DNA of 48,528 bases from Chara braunii. Taxonomy: Eukaryota; Plantae; Charophyceae. The notes under the pieces were generated by a model. That model was not told the origin of the DNA, ran no database searches, and saw nothing but the letters and a program-made list of their open reading frames with translations. The translations under genes were made by a program, and so were the position numbers. The DNA is taken from assembly GCA_003427395.1 (NCBI GenBank), contig BFEA01000021.1:677560-726087 (forward strand). The letters run 5' to 3'. Shown piece by piece: positions 12,327 through 23,674 of the stretch (positions are counted from its first letter, which is position 1; each line of letters begins with the position of its first letter).

Positions 12327-13671
12327 TCAAACGTGTTTCATCTGCTGCGTCAGTGCATTGCGGAGCGCATGAGCCTCGCGCGTCGAAGTCAACATGGACA
12401 CTGGCTGCGGGGGGCGATGAATCCCCCCCAGGTCCACTCGCCGCCTCACCCCGTTCGCGTCTACCTCCCACAACAAATTCTCGTTGAACTCGATTCCTGC
12501 ATCGAGCAGGATGTTGTGAAGAATGCATACCGCCGTGAACTGCTGCGGCAGACTCTCGAGGTTCGTCTTGTGCGTCCGCAGGAAAAGCCTCCACATCCCT
12601 TTCCACCTCCCGAACGCCCTCTCCACGGCCCCTCTTGCGACCTTCTGTTTCGTGTCGAACCTTTCCTCGTCCGGGTGCTGATTGATTCCTCCGTACGGCA
12701 CCACCACCCACTCAGAAGGAGGATACCCGTTGTCGCCCAAGATGTATCCGTTCGTCATCACCCCTCCCGGAAGCATCACAGGTGGCCCACGAAACAGCAA
12801 TCCCTCTTCCGCGCGCCTCGACAGACTTAACAGCTGGATCACCCTAATGTCCTGGCAGCTACCCGGATATCCCACGAACACATCAAGGACGCGCAGATCC
12901 AGGTCCACCACAACCTGCGCAATGACGGAAAAACGGTGCTTGCGGTCGAAGTAGTTCTCGCTAAGCGCGTTCGCCGGTTTGTCCACGTAGATGTGTGTGC
13001 AGTCAACTGCGTCATGGCAATTTGGAAACCCCTTGTCCGGAAAAAGCCCGTAGGATGACTTGTTTCCGCACCCCCGTCGGCCACGATATCTTTTCCCCGT
13101 ACACCCTCAAAATGACGGCTGTTGCACACGGCTCGAACTCCGGAAGTCCTGCCCATGCCGAAGGATGATGTGCTGTTATCGTAAGACTCTCCTGTGGCCC
13201 ACCTATACAGCGTGTATGCGACGATCTGCTCCGACTGCAGTGGCTCCCTGTTAAACATCACCTGCCGCTGCACATGAGGCGCACATGCTTCGCTGATCTC
13301 CATGAACACTCTCCTCGACATGCGGAGCTTTTCCCGGAAGTAGTCCTCTATCGCGTCATTGCAACCCGTAAATCCTCCCAAGTCCCGCCAGCTCTCCGCC
13401 GCATCCACCAACGTGGCGTCGCCCGAGGAAGCAAACCGCTCCCAATAGCAGCACACAGCTGAACCACGGCTTGGGATGTGGTGATGCAGTCCGGGGCGTC
13501 CAACACCCTTTGCAGCAGTAGCCTCTGCCGCCGCCTCGAAAACGCTGCCTTCATCTGCCCGTCCGCACTCTCGATTTGAAAACGACGGACAACGGCAACC
13601 GCAGCCACCGCGACTGCTGTCTTCTCCGTCGTCGACAGCACAGCAGGTCCATCGCCATCGTAGCCGTCCAT
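12327..13671 (-). pseudogene. PIF/Harbinger DDE transposase (DDE_Tnp_4/HARBI1-like), frameshifted
   Basis: Motifs FREKLRMSRRVF, AVDCTHI, YFDRKHRFS, GYPGSCQD, ILGDNGYP, VERAFGRWKGMWR and ILHN are spread over several frameshifted segments. Confidence 0.92.
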
Positions 13672-14345
13672 CACGTCCCTTGTAGACAAAAAATGACGTC
13701 CACCGCTGCCCACCTCTGTGCATGTATGCCGCCACGTGTTGAAGACGCCTGCAACCACGTCAGGAAGACAGCCCGGCCCAACGACGCGATTCTGATCGAA
13801 GCGTCCACCCACCGCCGCGGCGCTTGCATGTGGCGAACGCGACTGACGTCTTTGTTTCGTCGCGTCGACCACACTTGACGCACTGGCGGTGCGGCGCCAC
13901 TCAAATACGCAACCCGATGGCAAACGAAACCCTGGTCGGGCGTAGGCAGGCACGCACACCGCCCGCCTGTGCGCAGCCACCACGTCGCTTCGCAACATCA
14001 AAATTCAAAATTCGAATTTCGAAAGGGGATTTTCCCGTGTTGGCGTTTTATTTTCCAAGGGCCCGTGATGTCTTCCCGCCGTCCACGTTTTGGACCACCA
14101 TCAGAGCTACACGGACATCCCGAATCGGAGGTCGGACATTCCTCTCACGGTTGTGTATAATCTAATTAAACTGGCCGCGGGAGGGCCCCGAGGATTCGTC
14201 CTCGGGGCATTTCTCCGAGGACAGGTGGAACGGCACCTCCGAAAATAAAAAATTGCTCCGAGGATTCGTCCTCGGAGCCCGAGGACGCGCTGAGGTGTGT
14301 CGAACAATGCCCTTCATCCTCGGGGCATTTCTCTGAGGACAAGTG

Positions 14346-14382
14346 CTGTCTCTTATACACATCTAGATGTGTATAAGAGACA
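14346..14382. other. Nextera mate-pair junction adapter (assembly artefact)
   Basis: CTGTCTCTTATACACATCTAGATGTGTATAAGAGACA is two inverted Tn5 mosaic ends (last G missing) and translates as VSYTHLDVYKRQ. It is flanked by a ~128-bp duplication (14218-14345 and 14383-14510). Confidence 0.97.
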
Positions 14383-14851
14383 AGGACAGGTGGAACGGCA
14401 CCTCCGAAAATAAAAAATTGCTCCGAGGATTCGTCCTCGGAGCCCGAGGACGCGCTGAGGTGTGTCGAACAATGCCCTTCATCCTCGGGGCATTTCTCTG
14501 AGGACAAGTGGAACGACACCTCCGAAAATCAAAAAATGCTCCGAGGATTCGTCCTCGGAGCCCGAGGACGCGCTCAGGTGTGTCGAACGACGCCCTTAGT
14601 CAGTGTAGCAACTCAAACGTCGAATTACAGGGCAGATAAAACCCATTCATAAGAGAAGGAGACATGACATAGAAGGAAGATGACAAGACAGTACACAAAT
14701 ATCCCGAACGCTATAGGTTGCATCATTAGAAAACAGTGAAAGAACGCAACCAAGAACTCGGACCGAAAGTGAGCAAAGTTCATCGTCAAAACCCTGTCCG
14801 AGCGTCTGAGCAAAGCTCATCGTCAAAACCCTGTCTTAGCATCTGGCGGTT

Positions 14852-14899
14852 GACCCTACATGTTTCATCTGGCTGCCAGTGCCGGAAACGTCAGGGGTC
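14852..14899 (-). ncRNA. Degenerate minimal hammerhead ribozyme in the 3' end of copy A
   Basis: Minus strand: GACCC-CTGACGT-TTCCGGC-loop-GCCAGAT-GAAA-CATGTA-GGGTC. Stem I is GACCC/GGGTC as in copy C, and stem III is palindromic ACATGT. The core has an A9>T change. Confidence 0.65.
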
Positions 14900-15170
14900 T
14901 CAATCACGGCGGTGATAACCTGTGTGCCACCGCAGAAACTACTTATACGAAGAACAGTAGAGACCTAGGCACGAACCGTCATTCCCTAACAAGAACCAGA
15001 CAAGACAAAAATAAGGGACCCGTGGAACAGCAAGTACCACGGGACCCTAAGCGGGAAGCACTCGAAAAGTCCACAAAACAGTACCCTATTACAGTGCCTC
15101 TTTACCATGTGTCAACCAAAAGGGGCCAACGGTGCCCCTACGCCATGAGGCAAAACGCCCATCGAATCAA

Positions 15171-18141
15171 CTACAATGCCCCAATATCCTCGCGTTCGTT
15201 TAAACAAACACACCTACTCAAGCATCCGGGAGACATCCCCCACCCGGTCAAACATCTGACCCAACAGTCCCAGATGCCTCCAAACTTAAAAGAGAAATTC
15301 AACACAACATTATCAAAGTAATCATCAGTAAACCCACGAAGCCTCAATTCAATCTTCAGGGACAGAAGAAAGGCCCCTACTGCATCCTGCATACTGGAAA
15401 AACGTTTAGCACGATGCAAAAACGAAGTGATCACCGCCATTTTCTGCTGGCGACTGGTGTACGACGTAGCATCCTGCAGGTTCTGGAAACGAATCTTCCC
15501 ATTCCTCACCGAAACCTGATTCTTGTGTACCGCTGCACAACATACCCCCTCTGGATATCCAAGATCATCCACTACGCACCCCAGAAACCCCCAGGGTCCC
15601 GATCGGTTCGTGCACTCCAAAGAGAGGTTACTGTCATACGACCCCTCAAAGCCACCCAGAATCCTCCAGGCCTTCGTCTCCTCCGTCACATCTCCCTTTC
15701 TAAATTTAATAAAAACCGTCACATCATCGATTAAGCGGATCCCATGTACCACCAGAGAACGATCTGCATCCAACGACGATAAAAAACAAAATTCGAAATA
15801 AGCACAGAGCATGCATGCAAGGGTTGGACTTGAGGATTTGCCCATCGCAATGTCGATGTTCTGTCTCAAGATCTCCCCACCTACCTTAGTGAAGGTGTTT
15901 GCCAAGTCAAAGGCCACGAAATTTGAGACCACCCCAAAATCAAAACAGTCCCATCCTTCTAACTTCCTCCCCCGTAGGAGCTTAGCACCTTTCCCATGCT
16001 TCTTGATCAAAACTCTATCAATACCTTCTCGGTGCCAGAAATCGATCAGCCACTGAAGAGCCTTGATAATCAATTTGTGAGGGAGATTACAGAACAGCTC
16101 CTTCACATCATACGCACCAATCAACAGTTCCTCACCATCAACCACATCCTTGTTAATAGCATCAACCTTGCTGATCAAAAGATCAGTACTCTTTATATTG
16201 AAGTGGGACCATTTCGGTAATTCCCATACCATTTCATTCACCACCGTTGACACCTTCCTGCACCCACGCACATTTCCTTCCGAAAAGGAAGGACAAATGG
16301 GCCGCCATTTCGAAACATCCTTATGCTTCGGAATTGCATAAGCCTGACCCATCTTCCCATTGTCATCCCACTTGGCAAGCACCGACAAGCCCTTCTCCAT
16401 GTAGCTTTGCTTCAGACTACCCAAAACAACAGACTCCTCTCGACGTACCACCTCAAAACAAGCATTTGACAGAAACAACTTATCCAATCCGCTTCGATAG
16501 ACCACTGGGCAACACACCAAGATGTCACCTGGATTGTGATCAATGGGACGCGGACCAAACCCTCCATCCTCTTGATCCAATCCAAGACCTCCTTCAAACG
16601 TACATGTGGCCCGAGCATGTCGCACCCAACCCCATCATTCAAACATCCAACCAAATCATTAGCCCGAGGAGCCGAAATCACAAAACCGACACAAGACAGA
16701 CTTTCCGTAATCTCTTTCAACCGGCGCGTGGTCAAATTCTGCGTATTAGGGACAAAGATGTTACGAGAGTTCTCCAGCCATGCAGGAACGAAGCCAAGCT
16801 CACTTAATCGCCAACAAACATGACCCCCGACTCTGGTCCAAGAACTGTCCGACGCCGAACAAGAACAAATCGAGGAACCCGACTGTGCGAAGTTCCTGAA
16901 ATTAAACATAATATCACCAATACTCTTGTTCTTGACCAAAACGACCCGTGAACGTCGAACCACCAACTCTTTCCAGTCGACGTTAGCCTCCGCTTACTTA
17001 AATGACTTCTTACAAAGATCCTGAATCCCTGGTTTGCTCAAGCGATGATCATAGGTAATACGGACAGTGAGTCTGCGATGAACATTATCATCGAATCGCC
17101 TACGCAAAACACAGGAGATAATCAGGTGGAGAGAACAGCGCGTCCTCTTCTCATAAAAAGCACGAATCGCCAGGAAGCAGCGAATCAACGGTCCAAAATC
17201 CCATGCATACAAATCTTTGCGACAAGATGGATTGGCTTCAAATAGCACAGCTTAGAACAGAGGGAGACAATGTTAACAACAGTCACCACCGAACCTTCCT
17301 GAAAGCACCCTCGATATTTTTAAAGAATACCAGAGTCACCAGCCGATCGAACCAACGAAGTTCCGAACCGACGTTTCACAATTTTCCAGTCATCAATAAA
17401 ACGCCCACCCGTTCCACAGTAAATATCCACAAAGGTCTTTAAGTTATTCAAGCTCAAACACTCATCCAAGATACGTATCAATGAGACCGAAGCACGTCCT
17501 GGCGACGAACGAAACGAGAGATGCGGATCAATAACGGTGTTCCCAAGAAATCTCATTTTCTTCAACTTCTCCCTACACCGCTCACGCTTACCCTTCCTCC
17601 TCCTTTTGCCCTTGCGTCTCACATCTCTCGAGTTAAGGCTCGGATTGGCCAGGTGAATAAAGTTCTTTTCAACAGAAATGAGGTCATACTGCTCACATCT
17701 ACAGAAAGGTAACATCACATACTGGGCCAATCCACATCGTCGTAACCATGCATACAATCGGTGGTTCCGCTTACCACCCTCAACCACCTCTGAATTCAAA
17801 CATCGATACAAATGCTCATTCCACCGAACGGCCAGAGATCGACCAGTAGATCCCAAGTACACATGCCGGGACCAAGGAGAAACCAAAGCATACACCCATG
17901 CGCCATCACCCGTATCCAAATCCTCATCATCACGTAGCACTCTCTCCAGGTAAGATTTGAAATTTTCCGCCCACTGAATAGCATCGCAAAGAATAAGTTT
18001 CAGCACCACAAGCCGATAAAATCCATTAAACTCTCTATTACGCAGAAAAAAGTCGGAGTCAGCGTCCTTACCTATGCGATGCTCATGAAGCCTCCTAGAA
18101 ATAACCGCCCATTTCCACAAATGGTCGCGCTCGGGGACCAC
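15171..18141 (-). pseudogene. Copy A ORF2: GIY-YIG endonuclease + Penelope-type reverse transcriptase
   Basis: GIY-YIG: WVYALVSPWSRHVYLGST...RWNEH...E...LN. Linker CSC...GGHV. RT motifs PIDHNPGD, AYAIPKHKD..KWRPI, AYDVKELF, QNIDIAMGKSSSP, RLIDD, FLG. Several frameshifts. Confidence 0.9.
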
Positions 18142-18143
18142 AC

Positions 18144-19548
18144 CTAAAGCTCAGCAGAGCAGCCATCTCCCAACTTCGAAGATTCAACAACAGGCGGGGA
18201 GTCCTCAGAAACTTCATGGACAGGGACCTCCTTGTCCGCCTCCTTACCATCATTGTTGTTACTGCCAAATGCTTTGTTAGCCCGATGTTCCGTGAGATCA
18301 TGAATCATAAGCTCTATAGCCCGAAGCTTTAATCCGGTTTCTCGACACAGCATCTCCAGCCCAGACTTTTTATAATTTCGAAGATCCTTCTTCTGAGCTT
18401 CGACATGCTGAAAGCGTTCATTCACCCCACCCGAGGCAGCATCCCCATCACCTAAATCCCGTCTGGGGGTGGCTTTCAAACCTTTTCGAGTGGATCGAAC
18501 AGCCGCCGCATCCAGCCTCGTTTTCAAGTTAGTCCCACCTCCTTCACCACGTTGACCAGTCCCAACAGCTAGCACCTTGTTCAATTGCTCTTTCAACTTA
18601 ACCACTTCTCCTTCCGCTACGACACGCTTCCCTTTCAACACTTCAGCCTCGAGACCAGCAGCCCTATGCATTTCCTTCATCCTGCATACTCTTGCTTCCA
18701 TTTATGCGCTTCGCGGATGTTATCCGTCCAACGAGGTTTTGGTGATGCGCGAGGCGGGCCACCCGGAGTGTCGATCGCAATGCTGCCACACTTATTGCCT
18801 GGCCTAAGAGCTTCACCCTTCCACAGTTCGGTTTTTTCCCAGTCCTTAGCATTCTGCAGTTTCAGTCGTCCTACTTCGATGTGAAGGTCATCCAACTCAG
18901 CCTGAAAGTTGTTCCTCGTTACGGCTGCAGTCCTGAATTGCTCAATCTCGTGCTTCATTGCACATAAATCATCTTCCGGAAGACGTTTATCCGAAACCTG
19001 CCTCTTCAACTCCATGATCTCTCTCTGCAACTTAGTCACCGTATCTTCATCCGTTACACCATCGTCTGACGTAACCAATCACCTCAGCCTATCATTCTCC
19101 TTTTTTATCTTATCCAATTCTTCTCAAGGCTGCACTCTTCTGATTTCTCCTTCAAACGAGGATAATTCTTCTCCTCCATTCGTTTACCCAAACGCGCACT
19201 CATCTTTGCTTCCAAGCGCTCCTGTTCTTTCCTCCACTCCTCCTTTCGATCCTCTTCCTCCTTCAAGGTCTTCTGCCGTTGTTCTTCTTCTTTACGCTTT
19301 GCTTCTCTTTCTTCATCTGCCACTGTCTTGGCAAAGCACCGATCCAACTTCTCTTGATTCAGTCTCGAGAAATTAGGACGACCAAAGGAAGAATTAGAAT
19401 TGCAACCAGATCCCGGGGCATAACCTTGAGAGGAAAACCCTGTATTAGGCACATCACCGACAAGAGCCGGGAAGGCAGGAAGAGGAATAATATTGGCCGA
19501 CAAAGTCGACGAGCCACTCTCACGTAGTCTAATCTCTACGGAGGTTAC
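18144..19548 (-). pseudogene. Copy A ORF1 (coiled coil, ALRPG motif, SAP-like helix), 5'-truncated
   Basis: Fragments 19105-19503, 18677-19078, 18144-18701. WKGEALRPGNK matches WQEEALRPGKR of copy C. LRNYKKSGLEMLCRETGL is SAP-like. Confidence 0.75.
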
Positions 19549-20022
19549 TACGTAGAAAAAAGTGTGGCCGCTGAGGAGCCCGCTCTTTTTTCATTTCGCA
19601 GCCAAAGGCTGCATCTTACCCCGTTGCTTACCCCGTTGCACTTTGTCGTGTAGCGGGGCTTTCCTAAAAAAGAATGTAGACAACGGGGTTTATGGGGCGT
19701 CCAGAAGGTGTGCGGTCGGGGGCAGGGCACAGACCGTCGGCGCAAAGGTTGGAGTGGGGGCGACCAACAGTAGGTGGCAATAGGTTAATCTTTGGTGGCG
19801 GCGGGCCTTTCCTGTTTGAGGTTGGCCGGCCTTCGTTTTTTAGTTTGAGTGGCCGGGTTGTTTTGGGGGGTTGTTTTGGGGGGTTGTTTTGGGGCAGGCG
19901 GGGTCTAATAAGTGACACGGAAGGGATGGCCAAACTCCCTCGCTCCACCACTCACAGACTATGCAAAATGTGAATGAATCTTCCGCTAGAACATGGAAAT
20001 ATACACCGCCATAGTTTTTGTC

Positions 20023-20177
20023 TTTTGTGCACGTGTTCAGTAGTGCAGCGAGGCCCAAAGGTAGGGTTCAAGTCCTTTGTGCATGTGCTGAGTAGTGCAG
20101 CGAGGCCCAAAGGTAGGGTTCAGGTCTTTTGTGCATGTGCTGAGTAGTGCAGCGAGGCCCAAAGGTAGGGTTCAGGG
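20023..20177. repeat. 52-bp tandem repeat, 3 copies
   Basis: TAGTGCAGCGAGGCCCAAAGGTAGGGTTCA at 20041, 20093 and 20145. Confidence 0.9.
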
Positions 20178-20597
20178 CATAGCCACACCATTCTCGATAT
20201 TTGCAAAATGGGAATGAACTTCCCGCGAGAACATGGCCAGATGCATCCGCCATATTTTTTATTTTTTTTTCACATTTCCAAAGTGGTGTGGCGAGGCCTG
20301 GCGAGGCCCAGAGTCCACGGCGGTAGATCGATGGTGGTGGAGGCAGGAGGAGTGAGAAAAGCGCCACCTCGCCTGTCCTGCTCCTCACCCCCGATTGGCT
20401 GTGCCCCCGCGCCCTGCGCTGTACAGAGTTCATTTTTTTGTTGTCCTTTTTGGTCTAGGAGCGTAGCCGACATAGGGGCAACATGACCGTGAATCGTGCT
20501 CGAATCAAGTCTGATTCAACGAAGCCCTGAATCAACTGGGGCGCTTCAAACAATATATAGGGCTCCGGTGGTAAAACTTACAACATAAATAACAGCT

Positions 20598-20927
20598 AGA
20601 GGGGTCTAGTTGATGACCGAGGTAGGGGACGGATGGTGACTGTAGACCCTGCAATGACAGAGGCTAGGGTACCTCCAGATGACATATAAATCGCCAGTAC
20701 ACAGCCCCAATCTTGCAGAAAGTGGGAGGAGAACTTGTCCCCCCCGCCATGTCTGCTCAATCAAACGACTACAATGTTCAGGATGCTGGTCCCGCTTTCC
20801 AGCAGGTGCTGCTCCCCACCATTAGATGGAGCCTCAAGGGAAGTGTCGGTAGTGGTGCCTGCTCATACCACCACCCCTAGCATCCACTCGGGTTGTTAAA
20901 AAAAAAAGACAAACTAACAAACAAACA
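20598..20927 (+). mobile_element. Short 5'-truncated LINE 3' end (or LINE-tailed SINE)
   Basis: The last ~115 nt before the poly(A) match the 3' UTR of the LINE at 29213-31571 (TTTCCAGCAGGTGCTGCTCCCCACCA.TAGATGGAGCCTC...CCCCTAGCA.CC.CTCGGGTTGTT). A-rich tail. Putative TSD AACAGCT at 20591-20597 and 20928-20934. Confidence 0.65.
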
Positions 20928-22930
20928 AACAGCTTTCGGAGTCGGGCAGCCATTGATAAATTTCATCAAATTGAATGGTTCTTGTTCGCATTTCCGGCCT
21001 CCAAAAGTTGTGGTGAGGGATCCGCGGCTGATGTATGGTTGTGTACTAGTGCTATAACCTACAACGATCAGAGAGCAATGGTACAACCACAAGATAGTGA
21101 CCAGAGAGGGGGCTAGGGGGACGTCTATGCGACTCTATAGGTAGAGCGGAGGACGATCGTCGTACATCTACTCGTAATAGGCTAGAACCTCTAGGTTGCG
21201 ATTACGACAACAACAGTGCATAGAACGGACAATACAAGTATACACAATTAGAATAATCCATAATAGTTGTGCTAGATGGGTAGACCTGGGTTATCCAGAG
21301 GATGTATGGGTTAGGGGGGGCATTAGACACTACCTGTGACACCAACCAGCGCTAGAAGTACCCGCAGGACAGGGCTTGTCCGACTATGCTAAGACTTCAA
21401 TCAAAGCCGAGCAGGGGGGGTCCTGCTTAGCCCTAGTGCCAACAACCACGGTCGGGTCAGGTCACCCCCACTGAGATGGGTAGGAGGGTGATAGTGGTAA
21501 ACACTGGGGTAGGATTGTGGGACTCAGTGGGAGTAGAGTTGCACCAGGGAGAAATATTAAGAGAGGAAGGTTGGGAGGGAGTCTCATAAGGAGTAGGACA
21601 AAGTGGTGGAAAAAGAAGGATATTATAGGGCCTCGCCTCATCACTCACCGAACTTGAAATTGGGTGGTGAGTTCTCATCAATGAGGAAAGGACTCCAAGA
21701 CTCGCCAGACGGAGGCCTCACCGCAGCACGTCAACAAACTTATCTTCTCTCAGCCTGGGTATTATCCAGAGCGGTCGGCTGAAAGAAAATTAGTCCAGAC
21801 TGCTGGTCTTGACATGTCAGCTACTCACAATTTTCGTGAAGGACGCCTCGCCGCACTACCTCACCAAATTTATTTTCTCACAGCGTAGTATTTAGACTGG
21901 TCGGCTGAAGACAACGCAGGAAAACAGAAACTGGTCCAGACTGCTGGCCTTTACATGTCAGCTACTCACAATTTTCGTGAGAAGAGCTAAGGATTTACCA
22001 AACTCCCTGCCTGCATCCGCAGTTTTGCTGAGTCCTCGCCAATGCTACTTTCACCATAATGATTTTGAAAGATTCTGGTGAAGTGGTGCAGGTTGTGCAG
22101 CGACACAGATGTCAACAAAATACGAATTTGGTGAGTCGTGCAGCAACTTGAAGGCCTATAAAGCCGCACAGGCACACTTGTGTGATGTCGCCATGACCGT
22201 AGACCCCCCTGGATCAATAGGTCGATGAAGTTCGTGAGTTTTCGAACTCAAAATTCGTTTTCACACAGGGATGGAGCACATCATTCCATAGTTGTGATTG
22301 GCCAGTCTCATAACAAAACAACAGAAGAAACGTCACCGCTTCAAGTTGATGAGTTTTTACTATCCAGTGCATGCACAGTAGAAGCACAACCCCTCCCCCG
22401 CTAAAACGAGAAACAAAATGAGTGGAAAGATCATTGTGCTCATGGTTTGGCCTTTTGGGGAACTTGCTCTGTTGAAACCCACACCGGCGACACCGCAACC
22501 GGCAACGGCAATGGAAGGTGGATGCTTCAAGGGAACTTCAAGATTTAGGCCTCGCTCCACCGCTCACCAATTTAAATGCGAAAAATGAGAATAAATCTGC
22601 AGCTAGAACATGGAAATATGTGCCGTATTTTGTGTCTTCTAGACTACATCTGTGATTCAGCTGGTGACTGGACTCCAAAGACCTGTTTCGATTAAAAATC
22701 AAACTTCGTTTTTGACATTGCCATAGTCACCTAAAAGTGTTTGTTCGTTTGTTTTTATACCTCTATTTTCTTATGTCTCAAATTCTCATTTCTGACCTCT
22801 TGCAGTTTGCAAGGGGTCGCAAACATAGACCGTTGTCTTAGTCCCCCTGTAGAGGAACCTTGCACCTGGGGCCGGTCAGTTCAATGACAATACGTCGAGG
22901 CTGTCACACAATCTTCATTACTACCTTGTT

Positions 22931-23510
22931 GGTAGTGTTTACTCGAAGCAATATGGCAATCAAGAGATTGCTCACAAAACACTCAACGTACAAATGCACG
23001 TTCACAAGTACACAGTGTAACCATTGAAACAAAATTGAAAGAACTCAGGTATAGCAGGATAGGTGTCCCCGACGCCGCGTTTCAATGACAGGCACGTCAT
23101 CATCTTGAGGGGGTTTCCTACATCATCCCCCAACTATGCGTTCTTCCCCATTCCCGCTTCCATTCGCGTACGTACCGCAGTCCGGACTGCCCATACCCAC
23201 GTTAGAACGTCAGTCCTGAAAGAGGCTACTGACTATGCAAACTTCCTACTTATTGGAACGTCAAACTTTTTTGTCCACTAGGCCCGAATAGTATGTACCT
23301 GCGGCCTCGTGCGTGTCCCCTCGTACGTGAAAAAGTTATACAAACTAACACTACGGTCTCTAGTCTATCTGAGAAAAAAAAACAAGACAACTGCATTTCG
23401 ACAAGTAGTGCGTATTCGAGCCCCCGAAGAAATCCTGAAAAGTCGATAAAATCGATACGACTCCATTGGTCCCCGCAGACCTTATATACGAAAGCCTGTC
23501 CAAATTTTCG
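22931..23510 (-). repeat. 3' pseudo-LTR of copy B
   Basis: Colinear match to the interrupted copy at 28173-31683. Confidence 0.88.
23067..23113 (-). ncRNA. Minimal hammerhead ribozyme, B 3' pLTR (core mutated)
   Basis: Minus strand: CCCC-CTCAAGA-T-GATGAC-GTGCCT-GTCATT-GAAAC-GCGGC-GTC-GGGG. G5>C relative to CTGAAGA in the other pLTR. Confidence 0.75.
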
Positions 23511-23674
23511 GAACCAACCGCCTGCTGCCACCCATCATCCAAAATCACCTCACCAACTATTAAAATCCCAAAATTCAAAAATCCTAACCGAACAAGTAAA
23601 CAATGGGAAACGTTCGACATTGGTATTCCTCAACTTCACAGTCCAGATAGGAGGAGAGACGGTTAACGGGGGCC

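Larger units (their letters stand above)
5686..14595. mobile_element. PIF/Harbinger DNA transposon (8.9 kb, degenerate)
   Basis: 20-bp TIRs: GGGCATCGTTCGACACACCT (5686-5705) and its reverse complement at 14576-14595 (1 mismatch). TTA TSD at 5683-5685 and 14596-14598. CCGAGGA/TCCTCGG subterminal repeats at both ends. Convergent Myb-like and DDE genes. Confidence 0.95.
5669..19560 (-). mobile_element. Penelope-like retroelement copy A (ORF1 + GIY-YIG-RT), 5'-truncated, interrupted by the Harbinger transposon
   Basis: ORF1/ORF2 are homologous to copies B and C. Putative 7-bp TSD AGTGTGG at 5662-5668 and 19561-19567. Removing A gives CATGCCGCCAGTGTGGCCGC, which resembles the neighbouring repeat unit CATGCCGCCACTGTGACCGC at ~5512. 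Confidence 0.7.

Noticed and set aside
14346-14382. Perfect palindrome of Tn5 mosaic ends, suggesting a bacterial transposon or horizontal transfer
   Set aside because: It is the Nextera mate-pair junction adapter, a library artefact.
5263-20484. TIRs of the host repeat around element A (CATGTCCCCCC vs GGGGCAACATG)
   Set aside because: The match is too short and imperfect, and there is no convincing TSD.
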